Source of the DNA: PVC group bacterium
GTDB lineage: Bacteria; Verrucomicrobiota; Kiritimatiellia; UBA8416
DNA length: 64,000 nucleotides
Direction: 5' to 3'
Assembly: GCA_003567005.1 (NCBI GenBank)
Contig: PXBF01000068.1
Coordinates: forward strand, 12,392-76,391
The notes beneath the pieces were generated by a model. The model was not told where the DNA came from, searched no databases, and worked only from the letters and a program-made list of their open reading frames with translations. Positions 40,122 to 50,600 of this stretch are shown piece after piece (position 1 is the first letter of the stretch; every line of letters starts with the position of its first letter). Made by a program: the position numbers and the translations under genes.

Positions 40122-40942
40122 AGCATACGCATACTGCCTTTATGAAAGGCCGTATCCACCGTAATAACCATTGCGCCTTGACGAGTCTGCATATCACCCG
40201 TTATCAACTCAAGACCTTCCAGCAGAGCAGCTTCCCGTTCTGCAGGTATCAGCGACAATATGGTTTGGCTGTGCTGTTTACGCTGCTGCATAAAGCCAAT
40301 ATATTCGGCAAAAACGGGTACATTCGAAATATAATGCCCCATACCAAGCCCTTCGAGCACCGTAGCCCCTTCGATCCCCTGCTCCAGAAAGTATTGCAGC
40401 ACATCATAAAGCAAATCTTCATCGTATAAAATAACGAGTAGAACGCGCATACGTTGCACTTGCGCAGATGCCGCAGCGGTTGGATCGCATTGTTGCACCA
40501 TCGCTTCATGTAATGCTTCGGGGGTTTTGGCCGAAAGCAAGGTTCTCCTGCGGCGCGCCGACCCCGTAATGCGCGAAATGCCGGCAAGTGCCTTCAAGTG
40601 GCCGCTGGGCTCTTCTGCAGGGCCAAGTACAACAAATAACAGACGGCATTTACGGCGGTCTAATGATTCAAAATCTACCCCTTTGGGGGCAACGGCCACA
40701 CCCACAACAAACTGTTTCAAGCCGGGCACCCGGGCATGCGGCAACGCCACGCTACGACCCAGCCCCGTGCTGCCTTTGGCTTCACGTGCAGCCAGCAACT
40801 GATACACACGCTCAGCCCCAATTTCGGCAACAGCGGGATGCTTGGCCATGAGTTCGGCGAGCTTGCGTAACACCGCGTCTTTGTTTCTGGCATGAAAATC
40901 AACACGGCAGCAGTTTGCATGTAACGCATCGAGTAAAATCAT
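40118..40942 (-). CDS. Fusion of a PTS EIIA type-2 (EIIA-Ntr-like) domain and a C-terminal PII-like (GlnB-fold/DUF190-like) domain
   Basis: Phospho-His motif GRSVALPHARVPG (His69) in the N-terminal domain. C-terminal roughly 115 aa fit a beta-alpha-beta-beta-alpha-beta pattern (RVLLVILYDEDLLYDVLQYFLEQGIEGATVLEGLGMGH...). 4-nt overlap with the upstream antiporter gene. Confidence 0.65.
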   Translation of the reverse strand: MILLDALHANCCRVDFHARNKDAVLRKLAELMAKHPAVAEIGAERVYQLLAAREAKGSTGLGRSVALPHARVPGLKQFVVGVAVAPKGVDFESLDRRKCRLLFVVLGPAEEPSGHLKALAGISRITGSARRRRTLLSAKTPEALHEAMVQQCDPTAAASAQVQRMRVLLVILYDEDLLYDVLQYFLEQGIEGATVLEGLGMGHYISNVPVFAEYIGFMQQRKQHSQTILSLIPAEREAALLEGLELITGDMQTRQGAMVITVDTAFHKGSMRML

Positions 40943-42201
40943 TCGTCTTCCTCCATCTCATTCCCGCGAATAATGGCTCCTTTCGCCAAAGGCGGCCCTA
41001 GAAGCTGATTGATAAACACCGACAACAGCACAACATTGACCAATGTCTCCACTACTTGTGCTTGCACGTCAGTCATATTCGCCGCCAGCGGTGATGCCTG
41101 GATCAGCAATACCAGTCCCAATGCAACACCCGCTTGCGGGAACATGCAAAGCCCTAAATTCAGCCGAATCGGTACCGCACATTGCGTAAATCTCCCTCCG
41201 AGGTAAGTCGTCCCCCACTTTGCCAGATTTCGACTGCATATAAACACAAACCCCAGCAACAAAACAGTCGGGCGCATCAGAATGGAAAGTTGCAACTCAC
41301 TACCCGCCAACACAAAAAATAATGCATAAAGCGGCGGTGTGAGCGGCTCGAGCAGTCGGAAAATACGGTGATGACGGGCCGAGACATTTGTCAGAACCGC
41401 TCCTGCGGTCATATTCATCAAAAGCGGAGAAAGATGAAATACGATCGCGATGGCTGTTGCCATACAAACAATCCCAAGCACGATCAGCAAAATCTCATTC
41501 GGATGGTTCTTGCGGGCAATTGACATATGCAAAATACTGCCCATAACCAGACCTGCTGCAAGGGATAGTACAACTTCACCCAGCGCACTCCAGAAAAGGC
41601 TACTCGCAGATTCTTCTCCCCCAGCCCAACCCAGCATCCCAGCGGCCAACGAAAAACAAATGCCAAACAAAATAACAGCGCCTGCATCCAGTAACGCAAC
41701 CGTGCCGTACAAACAATCTACGAAAAAGCCTTTTGCACGAAGCGATTGCACCATGGCAACAACCACGGCTGGAGAAGAGGTTGTGGCTATGGCCGCAAGT
41801 ATCATGGCGAAAGGCAAGGCCAGACCAGCCAGAACCATAGCACCCAGAACAATCACAAAGGTACCGACCAACTGAAACAATGAGATCCACAATACGGGGG
41901 ATCCCATGCGTTTGAGCTTCGATAGAGAAAACTCACTGCCAATCGTCAAGGCAATCAGTCCAAGCGCAATCTCCGTAATCATTTTCATCGAGCCAGCAAC
42001 CTGCAAAGGAACAATTCCCAGCATGCTGTCGCCCAGCATGACGCCCGCCAAAATGAACCCCGTTATTTCCGGCAATTTCACATAACGAGCCAAGATACCA
42101 ATGCAATAGCCCATGAGCAACATCGCCCCCACTGTGAACAATACATGTTCACTCAGTAGTGCTCGCAACGTGATCAGCGGTTCAATGAGAATATGCAACA
42201 T
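40939..42201 (-). CDS. Cation:proton antiporter, CPA2/Kef-type membrane domain without a fused RCK domain
   Basis: 420 aa, about 12 TM. N-terminal LPEITGFILAGVMLGDSMLG typical of Na+/H+ exchanger-family proteins. Confidence 0.8.
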   Translation of the reverse strand: MLHILIEPLITLRALLSEHVLFTVGAMLLMGYCIGILARYVKLPEITGFILAGVMLGDSMLGIVPLQVAGSMKMITEIALGLIALTIGSEFSLSKLKRMGSPVLWISLFQLVGTFVIVLGAMVLAGLALPFAMILAAIATTSSPAVVVAMVQSLRAKGFFVDCLYGTVALLDAGAVILFGICFSLAAGMLGWAGGEESASSLFWSALGEVVLSLAAGLVMGSILHMSIARKNHPNEILLIVLGIVCMATAIAIVFHLSPLLMNMTAGAVLTNVSARHHRIFRLLEPLTPPLYALFFVLAGSELQLSILMRPTVLLLGFVFICSRNLAKWGTTYLGGRFTQCAVPIRLNLGLCMFPQAGVALGLVLLIQASPLAANMTDVQAQVVETLVNVVLLSVFINQLLGPPLAKGAIIRGNEMEEDE

Positions 42202-42211
42202 AAGCTATCTT

Positions 42212-43261
42212 TCAGGCATATTGATCCAACGCCCAGGCAGCATGCTCGCGAAGAATAGCGTCAGATCCATTTCGCAATTGTTCCAACGCAGCAATGCTGG
42301 CTGTATCCTGCAAATTTCCAGCTACGATGCAAGCATTTCTCTGCATCCGCCAGAGGCCTGTCCGCATGAGTGGCGTCCCGGAAAATCGTTTAGCAAAAGC
42401 GTTTTCATCCATCTTCAGAATTTTAGATGGCCAAATGCCGGGGCCAGCACGCCAAGCAAGAAAATCATCCTCTTTTGTCAACTGTTTACGCAATTGAAAC
42501 GGACAGACATCTTGACACAAATCGCAACCAAAAAGCCAAGTTCCCATGGGCTTACGTAACGCCAGAGGAATCGGCCCCTTATGCTCAATCGTAAGATACG
42601 AAATGCACAAACGCGCATCGATTTCCCCCGAACGGATCAAAGCGCCCGTTGGACATATATCCAGACATTTACGACATCCGGATGGACAGGCCCCATGCTT
42701 CGCTTCAACAAGAGGGGTGGCCGCCCAATGCCGCGTCGACAATACTTCTCCAATGACAAACCAGCTACCCAATGCGCTATGAATCAGCAGGGTATTTCGA
42801 CCGATAAAACCGCCCCCGCCCGCACATGCATAATAGCGCTCATCTAAAGGCAACGCATCCGTATAGCCCTTGAAAGCTTCCGCAGGATAGTTCTCGCGCA
42901 ACATACGCGCCGCTTTGCGCAATCGATTGCCAAGCACTTTGTGGTAATCGCGCCCCCAGGCATAACGTGCGATGCGCCCCTGCCCCGACTCACAACTGCC
43001 TGGTTGATAATAAGAAAGGCCAGAAATCAGTACAGAGCGACACCCCGGCAACATATGGCTCGGATCGTATTTGCCTTCCGCATGGCGTTCCAACCACTTC
43101 ATATCGCCATGCCGACCTGCCCGCAGCCAGGACTGGTAACGAGCCGTTGCCGCCGCATCCGGCCCCGCATCCGCCACGCCCAATAACTGCAAACCGACAT
43201 CTTGAAAGATTGCCGCCACATCCGCGGGAACAGCAGGAAAATAGGAGGACTGGGGCATCAT
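42212..43261 (-). CDS. queG: tRNA epoxyqueuosine(34) reductase
   Basis: Two 4Fe-4S ferredoxin motifs CPSGCRKCLDICP and CDLCQDVCP. C-terminal HEAT-like tail LEQLRNGSDAILREHAAWAL. 349 aa. Confidence 0.6.
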   Translation of the reverse strand: MMPQSSYFPAVPADVAAIFQDVGLQLLGVADAGPDAAATARYQSWLRAGRHGDMKWLERHAEGKYDPSHMLPGCRSVLISGLSYYQPGSCESGQGRIARYAWGRDYHKVLGNRLRKAARMLRENYPAEAFKGYTDALPLDERYYACAGGGGFIGRNTLLIHSALGSWFVIGEVLSTRHWAATPLVEAKHGACPSGCRKCLDICPTGALIRSGEIDARLCISYLTIEHKGPIPLALRKPMGTWLFGCDLCQDVCPFQLRKQLTKEDDFLAWRAGPGIWPSKILKMDENAFAKRFSGTPLMRTGLWRMQRNACIVAGNLQDTASIAALEQLRNGSDAILREHAAWALDQYA

Positions 43262-43303
43262 GGATAAGCCTCCCCATTCTCGTTCCGAGCACGCAAAAGG
43301 AGT

Positions 43304-44584
43304 CTAGTCGTTATTTGGATCATCCATTTCATCCTTTCGATGATAAACCGAACGAGCACGCCGCTGCGATGCATCATTCCATTGTAAAAGAAGCCACAAC
43401 CCCGCAGCACCGACCAAGACAATACCGGTAATAATCCAGAAAACGATTGATAAGGAAATGCCCGTAACCAAAAAAAACCAGCCGAGAACGGGTCCCAGGA
43501 TACCTCGCACGCCCATGAACCAGAAATGCAATCCAAGATAATGCGGCGTTCTATGCGCAGGCGCCAAACGCAAAACAGACAATAAACTGGCAATTTCCAA
43601 CCCTGCGATCATAAAGCGAAAGATGGCTTCTGCAGAGGCAACGACAATCACGGGATTGACTGTATGCATGGCTAGCGCCAACGCAGCGGGACGAATGGCC
43701 TTGAACGTCATGCATATCGCGAGAACAAACAGCGGATTGCCTGTTCGACGTGCGACCTTACTCCACAAAAAATATCCCCCTATGGAAGCAAGCGGACCCG
43801 CAATCCCCAATGCTGCCGCCACATCGCTATAACGCAAATTCAAAACATCCGTGAAATACACGGGCAAAACCGGCATGCCGATCTTCTCGGCAAACGTACC
43901 AATAAAAAACACCAGCAAAAAGATGCCAAATCGTCGATCTTCTAGCAAAACACGGAACTCTTCGCCAAATGCTAATGGCCGCGAACGTTGGGACGCACTC
44001 TCAATTTGACGGCGTGGAAGCGCAAAAAGAAAGCCCACAGTCGCCAATGCCAAAAGCCCTGCAAGCGGGAAAACAATACGATAGCTCCACACATTGACAT
44101 CAAAAAGATTACCCGCCAACCATGTAAGCGGAACCGACGTCAGAACCGTAGTCACACGAATCCATTTCATCGTATCGCCCTGTAGGCCCGGGCGCACATG
44201 ACCCCGCAATAAGTTACCCGTTAAGCTGATGGATGACGAGACGATTGCAACCACAACGGTTGCCAAAATCGTAAACGCTATCGGTCCTGTCGTTACGGCA
44301 AATCCCAGAAGGAGAAAGCAAGAGATCACGCGGGAAATACCGAGCAATCGACTCCAACCAATGTTTCCCGCCAAGCGTGCGATCCGCATCGAACCGAGAA
44401 ACCCCAGAAAGGGAGCCATTGCCAAAAGAGCCATGGCACTATCACCGGCTCCCAGCCTGCGCGCTACCACACCGTAAAAGGGAATGCCGATTCCATGTAT
44501 GAAAGCGAGCCCAACGGCATCCCACAAGGCTGCCCGCACAAAAGGCTGGCTCATTCTGGGGATTCGTCCGTATCGCTTCATCAA
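43304..44584 (-). CDS. MFS transporter
   Basis: 426 aa, 12 predicted TM helices. MFS-like loop 2-3 GVVARRLG. Confidence 0.7.
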   Translation of the reverse strand: MMKRYGRIPRMSQPFVRAALWDAVGLAFIHGIGIPFYGVVARRLGAGDSAMALLAMAPFLGFLGSMRIARLAGNIGWSRLLGISRVISCFLLLGFAVTTGPIAFTILATVVVAIVSSSISLTGNLLRGHVRPGLQGDTMKWIRVTTVLTSVPLTWLAGNLFDVNVWSYRIVFPLAGLLALATVGFLFALPRRQIESASQRSRPLAFGEEFRVLLEDRRFGIFLLVFFIGTFAEKIGMPVLPVYFTDVLNLRYSDVAAALGIAGPLASIGGYFLWSKVARRTGNPLFVLAICMTFKAIRPAALALAMHTVNPVIVVASAEAIFRFMIAGLEIASLLSVLRLAPAHRTPHYLGLHFWFMGVRGILGPVLGWFFLVTGISLSIVFWIITGIVLVGAAGLWLLLQWNDASQRRARSVYHRKDEMDDPNND

Positions 44585-44632
44585 ACCAACGTACCCCTAC
44601 AGAAAAGCAAAGACAACGCAAAGGGAATCCCG

Positions 44633-44980
44633 TTAATCCGCCTTTCGGGACAAATGAATCGATAACACCTGCTCATCATAACATACTTCAGATAAATCAC
44701 TCATAAGCGCAACCAGATACAGCTCGTTACTGTTCTCTACCTCGCCAGCCAGTTGCCAGTAATAATCCTCTAATTCAGGATTGCGTTCCGCTGATAACTT
44801 ATCACGCAGCTCCTTGATCTCTTGTTCGCTCACGTCGACATTTTCAAAACGAAAAAGCAGCTCATATCCCGATTTGCACTTTTCTGTCGTAAAATACGTT
44901 TTGGTCGGCTCGTACTTGTACATGCAAACCGTCATCACTTCATCCGCAATTTTCAAAACTTTCTTCAATTCATGTTTCAT
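44633..44980 (-). CDS. Small hypothetical protein, compositionally AT-richer than its neighbours
   Basis: 115-aa acidic ORF whose start overlaps the DUF1538 gene stop by 4 nt. Visibly lower GC than flanking genes. Confidence 0.4.
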   Translation of the reverse strand: MKHELKKVLKIADEVMTVCMYKYEPTKTYFTTEKCKSGYELLFRFENVDVSEQEIKELRDKLSAERNPELEDYYWQLAGEVENSNELYLVALMSDLSEVCYDEQVLSIHLSRKAD

Positions 44981-46278
44981 GATCTATCCTCCTTTTTGAG
45001 GGAATTGATGATCGGCACGAGAAAAGACGCAACAAAGCCCCCCGCAAACCCATTATTGTACAAATTTACCCCGCCATGCAATACGCCAACATTCATCACA
45101 ATCGACAAATGACAAAATCCTGCAACGATTCCCGCAAAAACTCCGAATTGACCAGCAATTGGTGCTAATGTAGTACCAAAAAGTCCAGCAATGATGACCG
45201 GCGTACTCCCTCCATCCCACATTTTTAACATAGACGCAAGATACACCCCTAGTAAAATAGGCACGCAATTTTTAACATGTTTACCAAATGCCGCGAATCC
45301 CACAACGGTTAAAATACCACCAATCACCGGCCCATTGAAACGGCCTCCAAGCGCAATCACAAAAAAAGATGCAATGAGCCCCATGAACCCCATATTGAAA
45401 ACGCTCGAAGGCACATCACCAATCCGCATAAAATCACTGATCAACCGACCCGACGATGCATGAATGAGACGCATTTTTTCTGCTATCACGCGATTCCCAC
45501 ATCGATCTAATACATATCCCGCAAACATAAGAAACACAAAAAAAACAAGTAAAAGGACTTTCAGGAAAAAGTCATAGCGATCTTCTAACAGCGATGTTGG
45601 CGCTACGGTAAAGTCAAAACTACGTAGCCAAGCCGTAAGAAAAGACCCCACGATGCCCCCCGTAAATCCGATATTGTAAATATTGTAACCATCGTGAAAA
45701 CGCAGCATGTGCGATGCGAGTGGCGGCAACACGAATCCGGCCAATACCCCCAAAAGGGCTCCAGTAACAGCGGCAACGCCGCCCGAAAGGTGCGAGCCGA
45801 AGGTAATCGCACTTACAAGCGGAGCCAAGGTTGTACCAAACAAAGCAACCAGTGCATAGTTACGCGTCGGAACCCTTTGCACCTTGGCAAACAGAGCAAC
45901 GCCAATAAATATCGGCCATACATTGAAAATATTTTTACCAAAGAAAGCAAACCCGATCACTGTATACACAGCAGCAACAAAGGGGCCATTCAACTCTACT
46001 CGCAACAACGCCAGTAATACGCAGCAGATGATTCCGCATAGCCCCGCATTCACCAGTGTGGCACCTACCCCCCCAATATGTAGGTAATCATGCAACAGCA
46101 CACTGGGTGATGTGATGATATTTCGCATGCCCGCTATAATGGCGCTTGGTGTCTCACTGAATAGCCCAACGATCAATAACAATACAGGAAATACGTAAAT
46201 CCCGTATTGTAATACCTTATCGTACCGCATTTCGTCTGGCTCATCTTTTACCATTATGCCCCCTATCCATGTATACAT
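44977..46278 (-). CDS. DUF1538-family membrane protein (internally duplicated)
   Basis: Two homologous halves: VGATLVNAGLCGIICC...YTVIGFAFFGKNIFNVWPIFIGVALFAK versus MGFMGLIASFFVIALGG...LTVVGFAAFGKHVKNCVPILLGVYLASM. Confidence 0.6.
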   Translation of the reverse strand: MYTWIGGIMVKDEPDEMRYDKVLQYGIYVFPVLLLIVGLFSETPSAIIAGMRNIITSPSVLLHDYLHIGGVGATLVNAGLCGIICCVLLALLRVELNGPFVAAVYTVIGFAFFGKNIFNVWPIFIGVALFAKVQRVPTRNYALVALFGTTLAPLVSAITFGSHLSGGVAAVTGALLGVLAGFVLPPLASHMLRFHDGYNIYNIGFTGGIVGSFLTAWLRSFDFTVAPTSLLEDRYDFFLKVLLLVFFVFLMFAGYVLDRCGNRVIAEKMRLIHASSGRLISDFMRIGDVPSSVFNMGFMGLIASFFVIALGGRFNGPVIGGILTVVGFAAFGKHVKNCVPILLGVYLASMLKMWDGGSTPVIIAGLFGTTLAPIAGQFGVFAGIVAGFCHLSIVMNVGVLHGGVNLYNNGFAGGFVASFLVPIINSLKKEDRS

Positions 46279-47042
46279 GCTTCTATATCAAGATCATACT
46301 GCAACACAGGAAAGTTTCTCCTTAACTGCCGGACTTGGTGTACGTCTACGTCCACCAAAAGAAAAGCAGGATTTTGCTCATCCGCTTCGGCGCGGATTCC
46401 GCCATCCGGTCCACAAACCATCGATTTTCCCCCAAATGACAAGTTGCCCCGACTTCCGCAGTAATTCACGCCAACAACGTATGCCTGATTCTCCAATGCA
46501 CGCGCACGCAATAATAGCTGCCAATCATCAATCCGCTTCCACGGCCATGCAGAAACCACGACCAGCACTTCTGCGCCAGCTTTGGCATAAGACCGGTATA
46601 ATGCAGGAAATCGAAGGTCAAAACAAATAGATAACCCAAAGAGCACACCATCTACATCAATGAGACAAGGATCTCTTCCAGGCAAGAAATGAAGATCTTC
46701 GCGCGCATCCGAATTCGAGAAAATATGCAGCTTCTCATAAGGAACGATAAGGTCCCCCCGCGGAGAAAAGCTGTACAGTGCATTGGCGTCCCGTGTCCTA
46801 CCCGGCTTGCGCATGCCGGCAAATATCCAAAGTCCAGATTCCTGTGACTGCTTCGCTAAAAAACGCGGGGACTCCGCTGTCTGAGCAGACGCGATATCCA
46901 AGTCATATCCACTATCAGATAGCTCCGGAAAAAACACTGCATGGCAACCGGAAGCAACAGCAGTTGCAATATAGTCTTCGTAATGCGCCGTTGTGTTCGG
47001 TATCACGCTACAAGCAGATAATTGGACAACGCCGACGCGCAT
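46263..47042 (-). CDS. Carbon-nitrogen hydrolase (nitrilase superfamily)
   Basis: E-K-C triad context: FFPELS (Glu), YEKLHIF (Lys), LSICFDLRFP (Cys). 259 aa. Overlaps the DUF1538 gene by 16 nt. Confidence 0.8.
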   Translation of the reverse strand: MRVGVVQLSACSVIPNTTAHYEDYIATAVASGCHAVFFPELSDSGYDLDIASAQTAESPRFLAKQSQESGLWIFAGMRKPGRTRDANALYSFSPRGDLIVPYEKLHIFSNSDAREDLHFLPGRDPCLIDVDGVLFGLSICFDLRFPALYRSYAKAGAEVLVVVSAWPWKRIDDWQLLLRARALENQAYVVGVNYCGSRGNLSFGGKSMVCGPDGGIRAEADEQNPAFLLVDVDVHQVRQLRRNFPVLQYDLDIEACIHG

Positions 47043-47044
47043 AC

Positions 47045-47686
47045 CTATTCTCCCTCACCTGCATCATCCGGCAACACCGCGTCAAGGGCCGCCTGCTTCA
47101 CACCGTCATCAACTGCTTCGAATGCCATGCGATAGGTATGAATGCTATCCACATACTGCTGAACGTCTTTAGGCGACACCTTCTGCGACTTTTTACCTGT
47201 TCGATAAAGGGCATGTAGAATATCTGGCAAAGGAATCAAATCCTCAATTTGCCGCGCTGCACTCGTACGTCCATCATAGAGCCCAATGCGTTGCAAGACT
47301 TCCAGCATTTTCGAACAAAGTTGCGTAGTACAAGTCACCGGCCGACATTTCTGCAAACGGCAGCCCTGTCTGCCGAGCGCCGGGCAAGGACCATTGCCCG
47401 GCATGCGCCCCATCGGCAGTGGTTCCAATCTTGCATACCACTTTCGATCAAAATGCGCCTGAACCGGATTTAAGGTGTCCCAGTGATCGTGTACTTGGTT
47501 ATCAATCATACAACAGCACCAGGATTCCCGCGCATCACGCTTTCCGGCACCATGCTCTCGTAACGTTTTACGGGCGCATCGACCACAAAGAGGCCCAAAA
47601 CCATCAAACAATTTCCACAAGGCACGCTCAATTTTATGAAAATGCTGCAAATCGCGACTATGAATGTTTCCCATGACGCACCTCAA
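47045..47686 (-). CDS. YkgJ-family (PF03692-like) cysteine-cluster protein, putative Fe-S/Zn-binding
   Basis: CGRCARK...WCCC plus CPALGRQGCRLQKCRPVTC resembling the C-xFL-...-C-xIY-xxRP-xxC signature of YkgJ/FliB proteins. A 2-nt gap separates it from the C-N hydrolase. Confidence 0.45.
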   Translation of the reverse strand: MRCVMGNIHSRDLQHFHKIERALWKLFDGFGPLCGRCARKTLREHGAGKRDARESWCCCMIDNQVHDHWDTLNPVQAHFDRKWYARLEPLPMGRMPGNGPCPALGRQGCRLQKCRPVTCTTQLCSKMLEVLQRIGLYDGRTSAARQIEDLIPLPDILHALYRTGKKSQKVSPKDVQQYVDSIHTYRMAFEAVDDGVKQAALDAVLPDDAGEGE

Positions 47687-47694
47687 ACTGTTAC

Positions 47695-50600
47695 TTAACG
47701 CCTCAGGCCAAAAGGACTGGACCCCTGACCGGATTGCTCCTGTAACAGTTGGCTTAACCTAGGATGCGACTGAATCGTCATTTGTGCTTCTGTACCGCCA
47801 TAGCGCATAGCTGTGCGCAGGGCATTGCTCGCAGCCTGTACCTCATTGCGCGCAAGCCGAAACTCCGCCAGCTCAATCCACTCTTCCCATGCTTGCGGGT
47901 TCCGATCCAGGTATTTCTCCAAGACCTCGACAGCCGCATCATAATCCTCGATAACGCGCAACGTGGCGAGAGCATCCAGCAGGGCTTCCGGTGCTGCATC
48001 AGAGGGCAAGCGTTCAAGTGCTAACGCAACCACTTCTCCTGCACGCGCACGCATCTCGGCCTGCGCATACATGCGAGCCAACGGCAGCAATAAAAAGGCA
48101 GGCGCCTCAGGGTTCGAAACCAAACTATCCGCCAAGCGGCGAAAACGGTCACGCTGCCCACGATGAAGATACAATTGCGCCAATTGCAGCGCATCTTGCG
48201 CGCCAATGGTTCCCTCCTGCAATTGACGTTCCAGCTCTCTTACGTGGACTTGCATACGCTCCACGCGGTCGACTTGTTCCAAAAAATGATCGATGCGCGT
48301 ATTCGCAGGGTCGCGTTCCTTAAAAGATGACATCAGCTCCCGTGCATCGTCAAAACGAGTTAAACGCATATACAATTCAGCTAATCTGAAATGCGCTTCG
48401 GGACTCAACGGATACAGTGCCAAAGACTCGTGAAAGGCGATTTCGGCTTCACGGATCATACCGCGGTGGGCATATAAGCCTGCAATCGCACTGCGTAATT
48501 TCGAGAATGACTTTTGCCCTGGAACATCACGCCGAAACATCGGGTGCGCTAAAAAGCGTCGCGTGTACCAATCCCAAAAATCTAAATCATCTTCAATCGT
48601 TTCGCGCGGTATCCGATCAAGTGGTTCCGAATTGATCTTCATAATCAAACCATGCGGCGAAAGATACGGATACATCCAACGCATGACATAACTCTCCTCA
48701 ATATAAAAATCATGTCGGTCTCGGTTATGTTCAAATATCTTGCGCGCTAGGATCGCATTAATCTCCATAACCCCCATTACACCGCTTACCTGTACACGCC
48801 CCCCCTCAACCGTAACACCCGGCACCGACTGCCGCACCCCCGTTTCCATTTCTCGGACAAATTGCCTAAAAGCTGCGGCATTGTCCGCCACACTCGGAAT
48901 CCAGATGTCATTGCCATATAAATCACGCATAACAGCCATATACGTGCCATCTGCTAATGCATTCTGCGTAATTAAATGAACGTCTGGACGGACATCGGCG
49001 GAGTAAATCATGTAGGTCGGCACAAAACGGCCGGGATCCGTTCCCCCAAAGAAAATAGCATCAGGACCCATTTCTGAGGGAAAAGACGGATTGGGCAAAG
49101 GCTCTTCATCTGGCGCCAGCTCCTCTAGGATTCCCACGGCACCGCGTAACGCATAATGACCAAACTGCCATCCAAAATCACGGTTGTGTTGATCCGCTCC
49201 ACCATAAACCAAAAGTAAACGCTCATTAAAAGCATTCGACCAAATAGGAACCACAGGTAATGCCAAGGCAATAAGGAGTGCGAAAGAACTGGCACCCGGG
49301 GAAACATGCCGTAGCTTGTCATCCAAATACGCCAGCAGAAATACCAAGCCGTAACCTACCCAGAAAGAAAACAAAAGATGCGACGATATGAATTTTACGC
49401 GTTGAATAAACGTGTCTTGAATGTCCATTTGCAAATCGGCCAAGGCAATTAGCCCCAAACTGAGCGTAACAAATGCAATCAGGGTAGACACCATCCAACG
49501 CTGTACACCGGCATCAACCGTCAGTATAAAACGATCTTTCAGCGAAACCACTTTTAGCGCCAACCATATAAGTAGCACTGGCACAACCAGAAGCGCAGGA
49601 ATAAGCAGTAATTCGGCCGCAAACCCGGGAGGCAAGGGATCCCCTGTCCGCAACGGTTCAATGACGGACAAGAACTTACGCATCACCAGTGCGAGATAAA
49701 TGAGGCCAATCCCGACTACAACCAAAACGGCTGTAATGCGTTCCCATGCTCTCGCGCCACGAGCGAATACATGCTCCTCCCATAACCCCCTGAAGCGTGT
49801 AACAAGCGTCATCGTTGCCCCTATAGCCAAAAGCAAAAAGACCCCGAATGAAGGTATTTTATAAAAGGGGAAATACTGAGCCAGCGGCAACAATAACAGC
49901 GCAAACAGCGTGAGAAGAATACCCCATTTCATCGCATCAAATGGAGGTTCGTTGCCTTTCCGGTTCCAGCGCCACGTACAAAATGGTAGAAATGCAACCA
50001 GCGACACGAACATGGTAAAGTTCAACCGCAAATCGGCCAGATATGTGCCGATTTGCTCAACAAACCGCCAGGAAAAGATGTCAACCGGGGCAATTTCCTC
50101 ATACTGTCCGCGACTGATGGCATGCATAAAACCATCCCATGTGCGCGGATATCCCCAGTTCATGGGGGGATTACGCAAATCCGACACGATCGGCATGTAG
50201 GCATAGACCGCAACACCGACTTGCGCCAGCAAAATCGTGATGGCTACCGTTTTACCGCGCGGGAGAAAATAATACGAAAGGATCAGCAAAGTACCATTGA
50301 GTCCCAAATACCAATACCACAACGGCTCCGTGGGATGCTCAATGGCTGGCAGAATGCCCACGTAAACCAAGGCAACGGCCCCTACCAAAGGACCGCCGAC
50401 AAGCGCAAAATCCCGAAACAATTCGAAATCCTTGAACAATACGACGATTGCCAAGGCTAAGGCCGCAAGCAATAGCACCTGGTAATTTGTCAAACCAATA
50501 CCAAAAACAAGCGCAAGCCAATATAAATACTTGTCTTTCGGGCGATTGAGCCACAGATACACGAAAAGCAAGACAAAGACTAAAAAGAACGCATTTAGAC

